The position numbers and the translations under genes are program-made. The notes beneath the pieces were generated by a model, which was not told where the DNA came from, did no database searches, and saw nothing but the letters and a program-made list of their open reading frames with translations. A stretch of DNA of 64,000 bases from Antedon mediterranea (taxonomy: Eukaryota > Animalia > Echinodermata): the NCBI RefSeq assembly GCF_964355755.1, contig NC_092674.1, forward strand, positions 19,220,001 through 19,284,000, written 5' to 3'. Shown here in pieces: positions 47,252 through 59,841 of this stretch (the stretch's first letter is position 1; each line of letters begins with the position of its first letter).

Positions 47252-48751
47252 TAAGAAAAGCTTATCATTTAAACTAAAAAAATATATCACATCCAAGTAT
47301 AAATTTTTTTTATAATTATTATGTATCTCATAAAATGTAACAAGAAGACGAACAGTTCTTAATTTAAAATTATTTTATTTATTTAGTTTTACCCATGTAA
47401 TGTAAATTATATATTTTTCTGTGTTGTTTTAATTTCATCTTTGTTTAGGCATGTCTGCAACAAGCTTTTTGCTTTTATTTACCATGCCTCCTTTAATTTA
47501 ATTAACCCTTCTTACCTCCATTTTGTATACTGTTTTAATTTGAGGAAAATAAATTTTGCTTTGAATTTTGATCTTTTATTTGAAAAAAAAAAATGGAGCT
47601 GTACAATACAAAATAAGACTAAGATCATAAGACTTCCAGATAACAAAAACTAGCTTTGAATAAAGATAACAAGAAAGTAAGAGACCAAAAGTATGGACTA
47701 TGTGATGGTGCAGGACGCATTTTTGTTATGTATTGCTGAATGAGGTTTAACAAAAAATAAATGTAGGCCGCCTTTAACAGACTATTTTTCAGACCAAGCA
47801 ATGTATATTTGTATTTGTTGTTAAGCCGATTTTCCACTAGGCAATTTTTTTCGGGCGAATCGAAAGCGAAACGAGAGATTTTGAAGATGGAAACATGAAT
47901 ACGCATGCATATAAGCTGGTGCTTTCAATTCGCGCAAATGGAAAATCGGCTTTAGGGCTGTAACGGGAGCTGTTATTGCATATCAAGTCTTTCCATTACA
48001 TAGCACACACAATGAAAAATGTTATACTGATTTGTGTAGCTTTAATCTCTAACGTCGGGCGCGCGTCATTGTTAGGGGTAACTGAATTTTCACCAGTTCA
48101 CTCATTAGAACAGAACATGTGTCAATTGGCCAGACCAATTTCTTTCAAAACTTTATTTACCGTAAATAAAAGATCAAAAATAGCAAAAATAAATTTAACA
48201 TGCGAAATATTTTATGCTATTAAGGCTACTATTATAAGTAATAATATTATAGATATATAAAGATTATAGTAATCATTTTCAGAAATAATTATAAAGTCAG
48301 CTTTTATAAAGTTAAATGTTCACATTAATTTAATCATTAAACCCTTTTTGTTTTAAATTTAGTTATAGTATGTTGTAGAAAATGTGTTAATAATGCCCCG
48401 CGTAAACTGCCTTGTATTTTATTGCATTGTAAAAATCTTATAATGTTGATCATGACCAATGGTTCCTTTGAGTATTTCAGAAATTACATTACATTACCTT
48501 GAGATATTTTTTTAAAAAGTAATTATAATTAAAATAAGTAATGCTAATAATTTATTTATTTCTATATAACAAAAACGTTGATAATCATATGACACGTAAC
48601 TACACTTTCAAATACTAGATCTACGTTGCTAAGGTACTTGATTTGGAATTTAATTTCCATTTATTTTCACTATCTCGGTGATAGGTGGACGTCATTTACT
48701 ACGTTTGCAGCTCTCCGCTTCCATTTTTTGTCATGCCATTCTTCTAAATGT

Positions 48752-51700
48752 TTAGTGGCGTACTGGCAAGAAATAAAATAATATAAATACTAAAACCACT
48801 ACAGTATAAATCATACAATGCTTCATTTTTTGTGTATAGGAATCATTCTAGATTGATGCTTTGTTTTGTTCGTAAACATCTCAATTTATATACATACATT
48901 TTCTTTTATAGAAAATATATTTATAGATAATGTAACCTTCGCTTTAATATTGTCTTACATCTCTCATTATTTTTAAGTATGCTTCTAAAAGCCTATTTTC
49001 CACTATACATATTTGTTCATGCGAATCGAAAGCGTCAGCTTACAGTCATTCATAGAGGGAGAGGGATTTGGAAGATGGAAACACTAATACACATGCGTAT
49101 AAACTGACGCTTTCGATTGGCGTGAACAAATACGACTAGTGGAAAATCGGTTAAATTAGGGCTGGTGACGATAGCAAAATAGGCATACATGTTTCCAAAA
49201 TACGTAAAATTGAGGGCGCTGTGATTCGCCAAAACACGTGACTCATGTAAAAATACATAACATTGAGGGCGTTATGCTTCACCAAAATGAGTGACTAATG
49301 GAAAAAATATATAAAATTGCAATACATTGATTACATGCATTCATACTTTAATGCCCCATAAACTGCAGTACTTACGTTTTTCACACACATACGCTAGCTT
49401 TAGGTTACATTTTCGATCATTCCACTCCCCAGATTTATACATCATAACACAATCTTCGTCTCCTTTCCAATTATTTGGCTCATCCTTTGCATACTCTGAA
49501 AAAAATTAGATGAAGAAGTTTTTTTTAAATGATGAATGAGTTTATATATTATTTTTGCATTTACAAGTAATTCGAAATTGTTTCTGCTAGACTGGTCACA
49601 AATTAAGCGACACCAGCAATTAATTATTTAAACTAGACACCGATAGTTTACATATTTTCAGTTTTAGGCATTGTTTTAAGGTCATATTATGATGAATGTT
49701 CTGCATACTTATAAACTAGAAATTACAAATTGAAAGTGCGGCGAGCAGATCTATGGACATACAAATGTGCTGAAACAGATACCGTAGTTTAAGCGGCGGA
49801 TCCAGTCTTCTTCAAGATAGCGATGGAAGGGCGTGAAATCTACGCCAAACATAACATTGGAATTTCACATGTGAACTGAAAGACCCCCGGTGGTTTGAAA
49901 GAACTAGTGTACAACAGGAATTGATTTCAACCGCAGAGAGCGAAAGCCGTAATTTCGCCTTTGATCGCCTTAGGCCCATGTTTTATAGTAATACTATGAC
50001 CTTTCTTAACTGAGAAGCAACGAAGTGCTACGGGAGTTGAATTTGCTGTCCAGAACATAAATCGCTTTTTCGCAGTAAAAACTGTCAGTGCTTGAGTATT
50101 TATCGATGCTTCTAACTTTAAAACCAACACAACTCACGATGATCATGCGTTCATGGCATACATCATGTTGGAACTTCGAACAAGTTACATTTAAAAACAT
50201 ATCTTTTCAGATATTACGTACCGTATTTGTAACTTAGATGATAAAGATAAACCAAAAACAAATGATGATTTGCTTACTGGTATAAGTTGAGCGTTCATGT
50301 GTGACCCAGGCAAATCTTCCTTCTCTGTCTCTATGTAAACCAATCCATTTTTTGACGTTAGTAAGTTTATCGACAAAATGATTTTCAGCCGAATCTTCTA
50401 TCACAACAAGGTCAGCCCCGTAACCTTTACAATTAGCTCTAGCCGTTTCCCACTCAACATTTTTCTTAAAGTATTGGTAACAGTTTTGTCCATGTGTTAT
50501 CCAATTAGTTGGACAATCTATAAAATAAAATTATCTATATTTGACACATTTATATGTTTAGATTAAATCATCATTTTTGTTTACTTTCATTGCTATAGAA
50601 TGTTTTTTTGTTGTTGTTTTAACTCTGTTTTTTTCACAAAAGAATATTTCCCAAAAAGAGCGAAACATTCTTTCTCCTAAGATTGTAACAAATATCAATT
50701 TTGATTTTGAAATTGTTTCAGTATATCTGATTTGATGTAGTAAATGTTTCTGTTATTAACAGTTTGACAATCGGTTGATGAGACAGATTTTCCGATGCAC
50801 ATAATATATGACGTTACAGGAAATTCACCGCGACTGCTGAAAAGTGAGTGCGTTATTGTTCTAATATTACATAATACTTATAATATATTGGTAAAGTTGT
50901 TTTATAACTTTATAATTCAACGTTTATATATTGAGTAATCATCTGATAGTCAGGGCTTAAAAAACTAAATAGATAAACCAATGTTACAGACATAATTATA
51001 ACGTATTTTACCTATTTATTTAACACATTAGATTATCATGTGTGTGCATGTTATTCCATTCCCTAAGCTATATAAAATAAATTGTTGTTTAGATGTACTG
51101 TCTAGGAACAGTGTTAACTAGTAAAAATAAAATAAAATACAAAAAATGTGCCAAAAGAATAAAAGAGCAAGCCTGGTGTTTTGATTTTTAAGAAATTTAC
51201 AGAAAATATTATCCATTGTCTTTTGATTTAAAATACCTTCGTTATGTTTTGTCTCCAGAAGTGTTTCTAAGGTTTCTGAAATGAATAAAATACAATAAAT
51301 AATAATAATGATAATACATAAAACATACAACTACTTTGAACAAAACTATATAAGGAAAACCTATTTTTTAGTGGAAAATGTTACTAATTTATTTGACTTG
51401 AGATTATTACTTGGCTGTTGTACATTACTTTTTTTTCGGTTGGTCAGTGATTGTTCCTCATCGGTCAGTCTTTTTTTCGTGTGTCGGTCAGTGTTTGTTC
51501 GTTTATCGGTCAGTTTATTTGTGTGGTTGACTCGAATATAATAGAAACGCCAGTGCTCGTTAAGTAATTAAATCTTAAAGTCATAAGTTATTCGGTCCTT
51601 TTCATTATTTACAAAAAACTTACAAAAACCAAGGCCAACCTATGTGAAATAAATCACTGTAACTGAGCCGGTGGACCCAACCTGAATTCAGTTATAACAC

Positions 51701-51803
51701 CTTCAAACATTACAACATAGAGTTAAAAATGGAGGGAAATAAATAGCTACATGCCTACCTTTTTTTGAAAGATTTGTTTCAGCTGGCTGTTTTATCACAT
51801 TTG
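48752..51803 (-). CDS. Single-domain C-type lectin (EPN/WND type); first exon not identified
   Basis: Phase-1 exons 51803-51759, 51275-51237, 50517-50278 (CPTNWITHGQNCY..WETARANC..GADLVVI..WIGL), 49495-49376 (EPNNWKGDEDCV..WNDRKC..YVCEK), 48762-48752 (LRH*); AATAAA at ~48660. Not captured by the ORF track. Confidence 0.88.
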
Positions 51804-51889
51804 CTGAAATAAATAAGACGTTTAACTAGTGAAATTATTAAATTTTGGTTAAGCCGAAGCCTGTGCCTAGACAACTAGTGAACAAATTT

Positions 51890-52722
51890 ACTTTTTTAAC
51901 ATTTAATGCCGGGTATTTCTATCTACTTGACTTTTGAGACAAATCTGAACATAGAATATATAAAGCATTTGCGAGTGGTTTTCGTGACCATTAGAGGAAT
52001 ATAGCATGTATTTATTTGTAGGACTAGTTGCGATTGTTTAAATTTACAAAATGGCGGATATTTCTGTCTACGTGATATTTGACCCAATCTGAACACAACC
52101 AACGTGAATAAAATTAGCCAGACGTATCGCTGAATGTGTAGGACTTTTTTATATATACAATACTTCCGCCCACATAACCTCTGACCTAAATATGAAAAGC
52201 TGGATCAAGCATGTGCTAGTGGTTCTTCTGACCTGGTTTCAGCGATATCGAGTAAAGTGTTTTGCAGAAGTAGCAATTTCAACATCGTTAGGCCTACATG
52301 CTACTTCAACCGACTATGACAGTGGCAGTTTCAACAAAGTGTTTTACTGTGTTCAGTGGTACATTATTTATAATACATAAGAATATATTAAGAATATATT
52401 TAAAAATTGTTCCTCTTTCTTCCCCATCTCTAAACCTTAATGTTACATACAACGTTGCACGTATTGGGTTTGTTTATATGTAAGACTAAACAAGTTTCTC
52501 TTCCGGAAGTAATTACCATGCTGCTAATTTTAGTTGCCTACATAAATCACAGTGTCTACTTATTCGTTCCTGTGAATGATAGGTTTTATAGTCCTGTGGT
52601 AGCCAACTAAGTATTGCGTACATTTGAAAATCGCCAGTTTTTACGCTGAAATTACTGTGTATTCGAGAACCATTTGTGGGCAAGACTAGATGGTTCGCGA
52701 GCGAAGTGACCGTACCATCTAG
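51890..52722 (+). mobile_element. Dispersed repeat, same family as 25100-26410
   Basis: 52330-52672 is colinear with 26030-26400; ends in hairpin CTAGATGGT..ACCATCTAG. Left boundary approximate. Confidence 0.55.
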
Positions 52723-53304
52723 TTTTAATTTAAGGTAGGCCTAAACAATTTTGAAAGAAACACCAGAAGCGTAATAGTAGTAGCAATCGTAAGTGCACGT
52801 TATAAACAGAAGCGTCACAATATATCATGCGATTGCATCGCATTGTGTAAGTAGTCACGTTGTGAGAACTTACCAGAGGTGTGCAGCGTGTATGTTAGAC
52901 AGAGAAGCATCACTATATTCGTTGAGAGTGTCATCTTGTAGAAGTATGTTGTTGTTGCTGAATCAGAAGTTAGAACTGATATTGTTACTTTTGTTGCATC
53001 ACTTACATTGTGTGGGCACTTTATGTTGAATGTTATCAATTATCAATCTCGGATGGATCCATGATAAGAGGAGTGGTTTATTCGATATTGTAATAATAAA
53101 TATTGATTATCAATCAAACGTAATATTGGTTCCATAGTAACATGATAACATAATATAATGTGGGTGAATCTAAAGTGTAACGCTTAAAGATAAAGGCCAG
53201 AAGATCTTCAGCGTGAACTGAATGATTATATTCACGAAAGTGACGCTTTATTTCGCAAATAAAAAAAAGAAAAACAATATAGGCCTAATTATGTACTACT
53301 AGCT

Positions 53305-53592
53305 TACAGACCAACAGTGTATTGGACGTTGGACTATTGATCGTGAGATCGTGAGTTAGAATCCAAAGCTCATCGCATTTCCTGTATCCTTAGACTAGAT
53401 ACATTACTTTCGTTTGCCTCTCTCCACCCAGGTGTACAAATGGGTACATGGTATTAGGTCAAAACACAAAGCCGATTACTGGCTTTACCACCATTGTGGG
53501 AGTATGTTTGATCCAAAAATCACTGGGGTAATAATGTGGAGGCTTAGAGGCTTTGTGCATTAGGCGCTATATAAGAACGACGTATTATTAAT
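53305..53592 (+). mobile_element. tRNA-derived SINE (degenerate)
   Basis: B-box-like GTGAGTTAGAATCC, central TGCCTCTCTCCACCCAGGTGTACAAATGGGTAC, tail GCTTAGAGG..ATTAGGCGCTATATAA..(TAT)n; the same tail is inverted at ~2216-2280. Confidence 0.7.
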
Positions 53593-55819
53593 ATGTCTAC
53601 CCTAGTACTGATAGGTCTACTAATCTCAATTATGATGTCATCACAATTTCAGGCCTTTTCAGATCACTGTAGGGTGAAGGCCTCCTCAAGCTGAACCCGT
53701 CTTTTTCTGTCCTATTTTGCCCATCTGTTGTCGTTCGTCTGGGGAGGTTTTCTGTCCATTTCCATATCTATTCTATTTGTTCCATTATGTCACGTCTCTA
53801 CGTATAGTAGTATATAAGGTGGTGAAAGAGACATGATACGTACAATGGAAATACAGTTTTTAAACTGTATTATGTACCAATGTTTGTAGCATGCCTCCAT
53901 AATTAAAATTACTATTTTAAAATTAAAAACACTCTCTGCTTAACGTAAGAATACGTGTTTTTATTTCTTTAGAAAATAATTCTTATTGGTTGCGCTGCCG
54001 AGGGTGTTTTCCTGTGTGTGACCAAATAAAAACATGGAGTATACTAGAGAACAAAGTATCGATTCTATTTATCGGCATTTTGGATTTGCCCGTGATGTGT
54101 TTCCGTTGTTTCTCCATTTTTTTGTTTCTTTCCTAGTTTTACCGAAAAAATCCAGTGAGAAAAGGGATACCTTCTACTTTATTGTTTACTGTCAATCACT
54201 TTAACACTTGCCATTTTGTTTACCAAAGTTTAAAATACGTGTAAATTACATAAGAAATGCTAGCATAATTCCATTTCTAAAAATAGCTTTTACCTTTACC
54301 TTTAAAAGAGAATCAAATCTGTTCCTTTTATCTTTATCCAGTAGATTGTTGATTAGCATTAATTGTTATGGACAGCTACAGACGATAAGCTAGCCCAACA
54401 CGGTCAATGGTCAGTGACACCATTTCAAGTGTACTCGCCCACGTTTTTTGTTTATATGCTGTCAGTTCATTCTTTACATATATTTATAAATGATGTTCAT
54501 TTTAACAATGAATAGAAAGAGAGTTGTACCGATTCTTTTTGCTGAATCAGGATAAGTTTGATAAATCATTATCATTTTTTATATCTTATACCAAGACAGG
54601 TAGTCTAATGTTTTGTAGAATTTTCTGTGATATATTGTTTTAAGGTAAATAATAATATTTGTATTCCCATGCGCAACACCAACTATTTGGTAAAGTATTA
54701 GATATTCTGGGCCACTCATGTATAACAATGTACCCCCTCATTTTCTTGTGCTGCCACCAGCTATTCATTCTCCAAGATCACTTTATGTGTCTCGATAAAT
54801 CGATAAGTTTGATATGGTCGTTGTTTCTGTGAACTCAGCTAGATAATATTTTTCTGTCGTCATTTTGTTCGTTACTATGCCCAGCAGCAATACGTTTTTA
54901 ATTAATTTTTGTCAACGTTTATCTACTAGTATAATCTTTATTTTTAAATTTGTTTTTTTATTTTTATTTATTTTTTATTATTAATTATTAATGTGTCAAG
55001 TCAATCCCACAAGATTTTCATCTTTTTAGAATTCTGCCTTCGTCCATTACTTTTTTACAATAATCTCAATCTGTCACTACTGTTTTTAGTCGCGTGCAAC
55101 GCGAATCTACAGCTCACTATGTCGGTTGGTCGGTCGGTTGTTCGGTAAACACAAAATAAATGTCTTTTGAATTTAATTGAATTTAAAGGGATTGCATGAC
55201 GAAAATCAATAAAGATTGATATAAATTTTGTAGTACATTAGTTCTGAAACAGATTAAGGGTTCAAATAGTCCAGAAAAATGGAAAATATAAGTAAGGTTG
55301 TTTTGAACGTATAGTATACAATAGAAATACGATTATTTGTTAATGATTTAGATTTAAAGCATTCTGTAACAAAATTTAATACATGTTGCGTAATTTAAAA
55401 ATGTATACACTGAACCGTCCCTGACTGACTATTTTAGAAAAGCATTTTATAGATATAATAAGTTAATGACAAAAATCAAGAATATTTTCAACATGAACTT
55501 TTTTAATGCTAATTATAATGGAACTGGTCACACATGAAATTAATACGGGCCTATAACTAGTATTATTATTATTATTATTATTAATATATTAGTATAATCA
55601 GGAATTTGTATATTAATTATTATAGAAAATTAATACGAATTACTTGATTAATGAATATTACATTTAAGACAAATAGTATTTATTATGTGAAATTTCTGAG
55701 TACAGTAGGTTATTTCTCATTGTTTAAACAAATGATATAATTATTATTTCTTCGCTTATTTTCTTTAATCAATTTACATAAATGATTTCCATTGTAATTG
55801 CAGTATGGTGTTCAAATAA

Positions 55820-58800
55820 TTATAGTATCTTATTCAAAGATATGTACCTAACGCCATAAGATGAACTTTCACACAGCAAATCATCGCCACCATCTCCATT
55901 CACATCAGCAATTAACAGCTTGTTACTGCTGGACGTACACCAGGACGTCTTACGCCGCCATCCTATACTTGTAAATAAACCGTTTGCTTCGGAAAAGGCA
56001 ATCCACAACGGACCAGACGTATCGCTGCACATCAGATCGGCTCGTCTATCATTATTGAAGTATCCGATGCTAAGCTTATTATTGGTTGATTTGCACCACG
56101 AATCAGTATGCACATGCTTTTTTGCTGACGAAGTAAACTTGCCGCTCGCCGATGCTAATATGACCTCAATGTGCCCATTTGCCAAGTGACAGATTAGATC
56201 AGCCCTTCTATCTCCGTTGAAATCACCTGTTAACAACTTGTTAGAACTTCCACACCAATTCATTTTTTGTTGCCAACCCACTGTTGTAAAGGTACCACTT
56301 GTTTTTGCATATCTAATCTGAGTGTATGCATTACTACTATGACACAACATATCATCTCGGCCGTCTCCATTAAAGTCAGTAACAATCAGTTGATCAGTTT
56401 TACACCAGTTTATGTTTTCATGTAGAGTTGGACCAGTGAATATGCCTGGAGGTTGGGCAAAAGTATACCGTTTGTAACCAGTGTTGCGATCGTGGCACAT
56501 CATATCAGATCGACCATCACGGTTGAAATCACCTATGAACAGTTGTTCTCCACTGTGATGACACCAATCCATTCCACTTTGCCACGTCTGCTGGCTATTG
56601 AAAGAGCCTTTACAGCTGGAAAAATAATACAATAAAGGAACGTTTTTATTCATATAAAATCAAAATATTGACCTTTCTCCTGACATTTTATACAACATAC
56701 CCTCTACTGTTTTTTCTGAAAGCCAGAAGCTTTAGTTTCCAAACCGGAAGACATGTGTTCGAACTTCGTCAACGTCATTTGCTGTTTTGTTTTATATTTA
56801 GAGCTCATATTTTTTTTATCGAATCGGTAATTGTAAATTGTTCTTTTTTTATTTTGTTATTACAACATTTTTCTTTTTTATATGTCAGCTTTATAATGTT
56901 TATCAACATTTAAGCAATTTGAATTTAAAAAACAAACAAAATAGTAGCCGTAAATACCGGAAGAAAATTGTTTATATAAATCTTACACTTACGCAAATCT
57001 TTGTATTTAATCTAAAGAAGTAACATTTGTGTAAAGTGGTTTTTAGTCGCGTGGATGCGACTCTATAGTTCACTATGTCGGTCGGTCGGTCGGTCTGTCG
57101 GTCTGTCGGTCTGTCGGCCTGTCTGTCGGTCCGGTATCACTATGCGTTTTATCGCTTTCTGACCTTATCTTGATATCAGTTTAATCTAGCTAAGTCAATT
57201 TTTCACAGTATATTCCTTATGGCCAGGAATCGATGTGGTTATGTTTTCACGGTGCGCAATAAAAAATTACGCGGTCTACGCACGATTTAACGAAATCACG
57301 TTTGTAATCATATCTTCACAACCATGAATAACATTTGGTACTCATACATTTCAGCAGGGCATAAATCATCATATGGCAATACAATTATGTGCGTAGCGCA
57401 TGTAACGCATGCGTACGCGCACTTAAAATTTTCAAAATTTATTTTCGATGAAAGAAGAGTACGTTTCAGGCAATTTTAAGCGTTTACAAAATTGCCATGA
57501 GTGCGCAGATTTTTGCGCGCGCACTGCGCGTTAAATGTTATTGCGCACTCTTTTTGCCCGATTTCTGTTTTCTTGACTTACTTTTCAACTCGAAATTAGG
57601 TTATACGAGCACGTCAAAAGTGACAGGCTACGCACGTGTAAATTAAAAAAATATAACTGTTTTTAAACATTTCAACCTTTTTAAACATTCAGTAATTTCG
57701 GTCAGTTGGTAGGTTGGTCGGTCGGTCGGTAAACACTAATGAGCATGCGACTGCAGCCATCTATATGGCCTTGTTAATAAAACAAGTCAAATGCGTTCTT
57801 ATGGAAATAAGAAATTTGCAGGTAATTTAAATTCTCTTCTCTAAATAGTTGTATAAAATATTGTTAACATTATACAATGCATACATAATGCAGTACAATA
57901 GCATTTACTAATCGATTTACAAACATTTTTGCTAAAAATGAGGATTTTTTTCTACTTATTTTATTATAAAAGTAATTACCTTGCATAATAAATCTTCTTT
58001 GATCCAGTGAGGATGTTGTGACATATAACATCTGTGTTACCATCACCATTGAAATCTCCAATGAACGGCTTATCCGAAGACGCTGCACAAAGACTCGATA
58101 TTCTGTAAGTTGTTCCCACGAATACATCAACGGTGCTTTCTGCTGTATATAACAAAAATATAAATTAAAAATGTGTTTTATTTATAATGTTGTAATTCAA
58201 TGTGTGGTAAATTACCCTGTTTGAGAGGCTCTATTTCTATAAAAAAAAATATTTTCTTAAATCACGTTATTGATTTACGTTATTATATTTCTACAGTTAA
58301 TCCGTTTGAATATGTCGTATTAGGCCTCTTAAATTAATATTAACGTAACACTTAAAATAATTATATATGTAGGGCCTGTGCATATTAAACAAAGGTAAAT
58401 GCAGTGTTTAAATGAATAATGAATGAAGGACAGGTTTTAACAAAAACATATGGTGATAATTTATATCTTATAATATATATAATTAATTTTGTACGCAGTA
58501 TGGCGGACAATATCGCTTGTTGTGTTCTTATTGGGATATCAATTAATTATTGTAATTGGAATGAAGTGGAAATGGTATAGCGAGTACCCTCTATTAACAA
58601 ATAGGTCGTTCCCGTGTCGACTAGTTTATTGTTTGTATGGGTATGTAGACAAATACCAAAACATATTTCTATTATAAAAATGGTATACACATTTAATTTT
58701 CATTTATTTATTTCACTTTACAACTATAATAAGTACTAACATTTTTCACACACATAGGCTCGAAGACTTTTGCAGCTTTCATCATTCCATTTGTACGGAG

Positions 58801-59775
58801 ATGTGTTGTAAACCTCTACACATTCTTCGCTCCCTAAATCGTTTGGTTCTCCTTTATTAAAATCTGAATTATATGATAGTAGATTTCATTATTTAACTGA
58901 ACTGAAGTGAATGTATTTAAATCTAGTCTAATGAAAAAAAAAACCAGTACAATATCGGCTTGCATATATTAAAGAGCAGAGTGGGACGGGTGGTATAACT
59001 TGTTATAAACATAATCAAGGTTAAAAAAGGAGAAAAAAATTGTTTGGGGTTGCAAAAAATAAATGGCGCGCTGTACAATATTTATGCCCGTCTTAAAGAT
59101 ACAGATTACTCGAAATTTTAAATAAGCTATTGTACAAGTAACAATGTTCATACTTAGATACGTTGAGCTTTCGCCATTGTGTACCCAAACAAATTTGCCT
59201 TCGGTCTTCACGTCTGTTAAACCGATCCACGAGTTTAATTGAATAAGATTACCGATAAAGTAATTTTCAGATGAATACTTTATCACAGCAAGATCAGCCC
59301 CGTAACTCTTGCACCTAGATCTAGCTGTTTGCCAACTAACTTTTATAGAAAAGTATTTATAACAGTTTCCTCTGTATGCTGTCCAGTAACTTGGACAACC
59401 TATGATAAAGTAAAGATAATGACAAATTATATGCATGAACTTGCATTTACATTTAAATGCAGGCCTACGTACATTTGAAGAATAGTAAACATGGTAAAAG
59501 GTTTCCTACTTTCTAGGATTTTTATCAGACAATCTATTTTGTTTTGAAAACTATTGTAACATGACCACAGTGCTGATTTTTCCATTTTCCCCTAACTGTA
59601 AAAAGAATGTCTGCAAATTAACCCAATATGTTATTTTCATTATTCTTTAGTATTATTATAATAATTTGTTGTTATCTATGAATATATTCTTTTGAAAATA
59701 AGACAGACTTTTTGTTTGATTAACGTTTATTACCTCCAGCTATGTTTTTTTCTTCCAGTTGTTTTTCTAAAATTT
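55820..59775 (-). CDS. C-type lectin domain fused to six FG-GAP/VCBS-like repeats (5' exons lie beyond the Academ insertion)
   Basis: In-frame exons 59775-59734, 59399-59154 (CPSYW..NCY..WQTARSRC..WIGL), 58863-58741 (EPND..ECV..WNDESC..YVCEK), 58142-57980 (GDFNGDGNTDVICH), 56615-55820 (five further WC..DFNxDxxxDLxC repeats, stop). Confidence 0.9.
57043..57775 (-). mobile_element. HINE-like repeat in a lectin intron (family of 37243-37703)
   Basis: TTTTAGTCGCG..GCGACTCTATAGTTCACTATGTCGGTCGGTCG start; 57160-57570 is the reverse complement of 37243-37620. Confidence 0.7.
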
Positions 59776-59841
59776 CTGAAAAGATTGTATATTATTGATA
59801 ATAAAATGTTCCATATAATGCATATTTTTTAAATGTATATT

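Noticed and set aside
49927-50376. Short minus-strand ORFs in the track
   Set aside because: They are off-frame or intronic readings around the real lectin exon 50517-50278.
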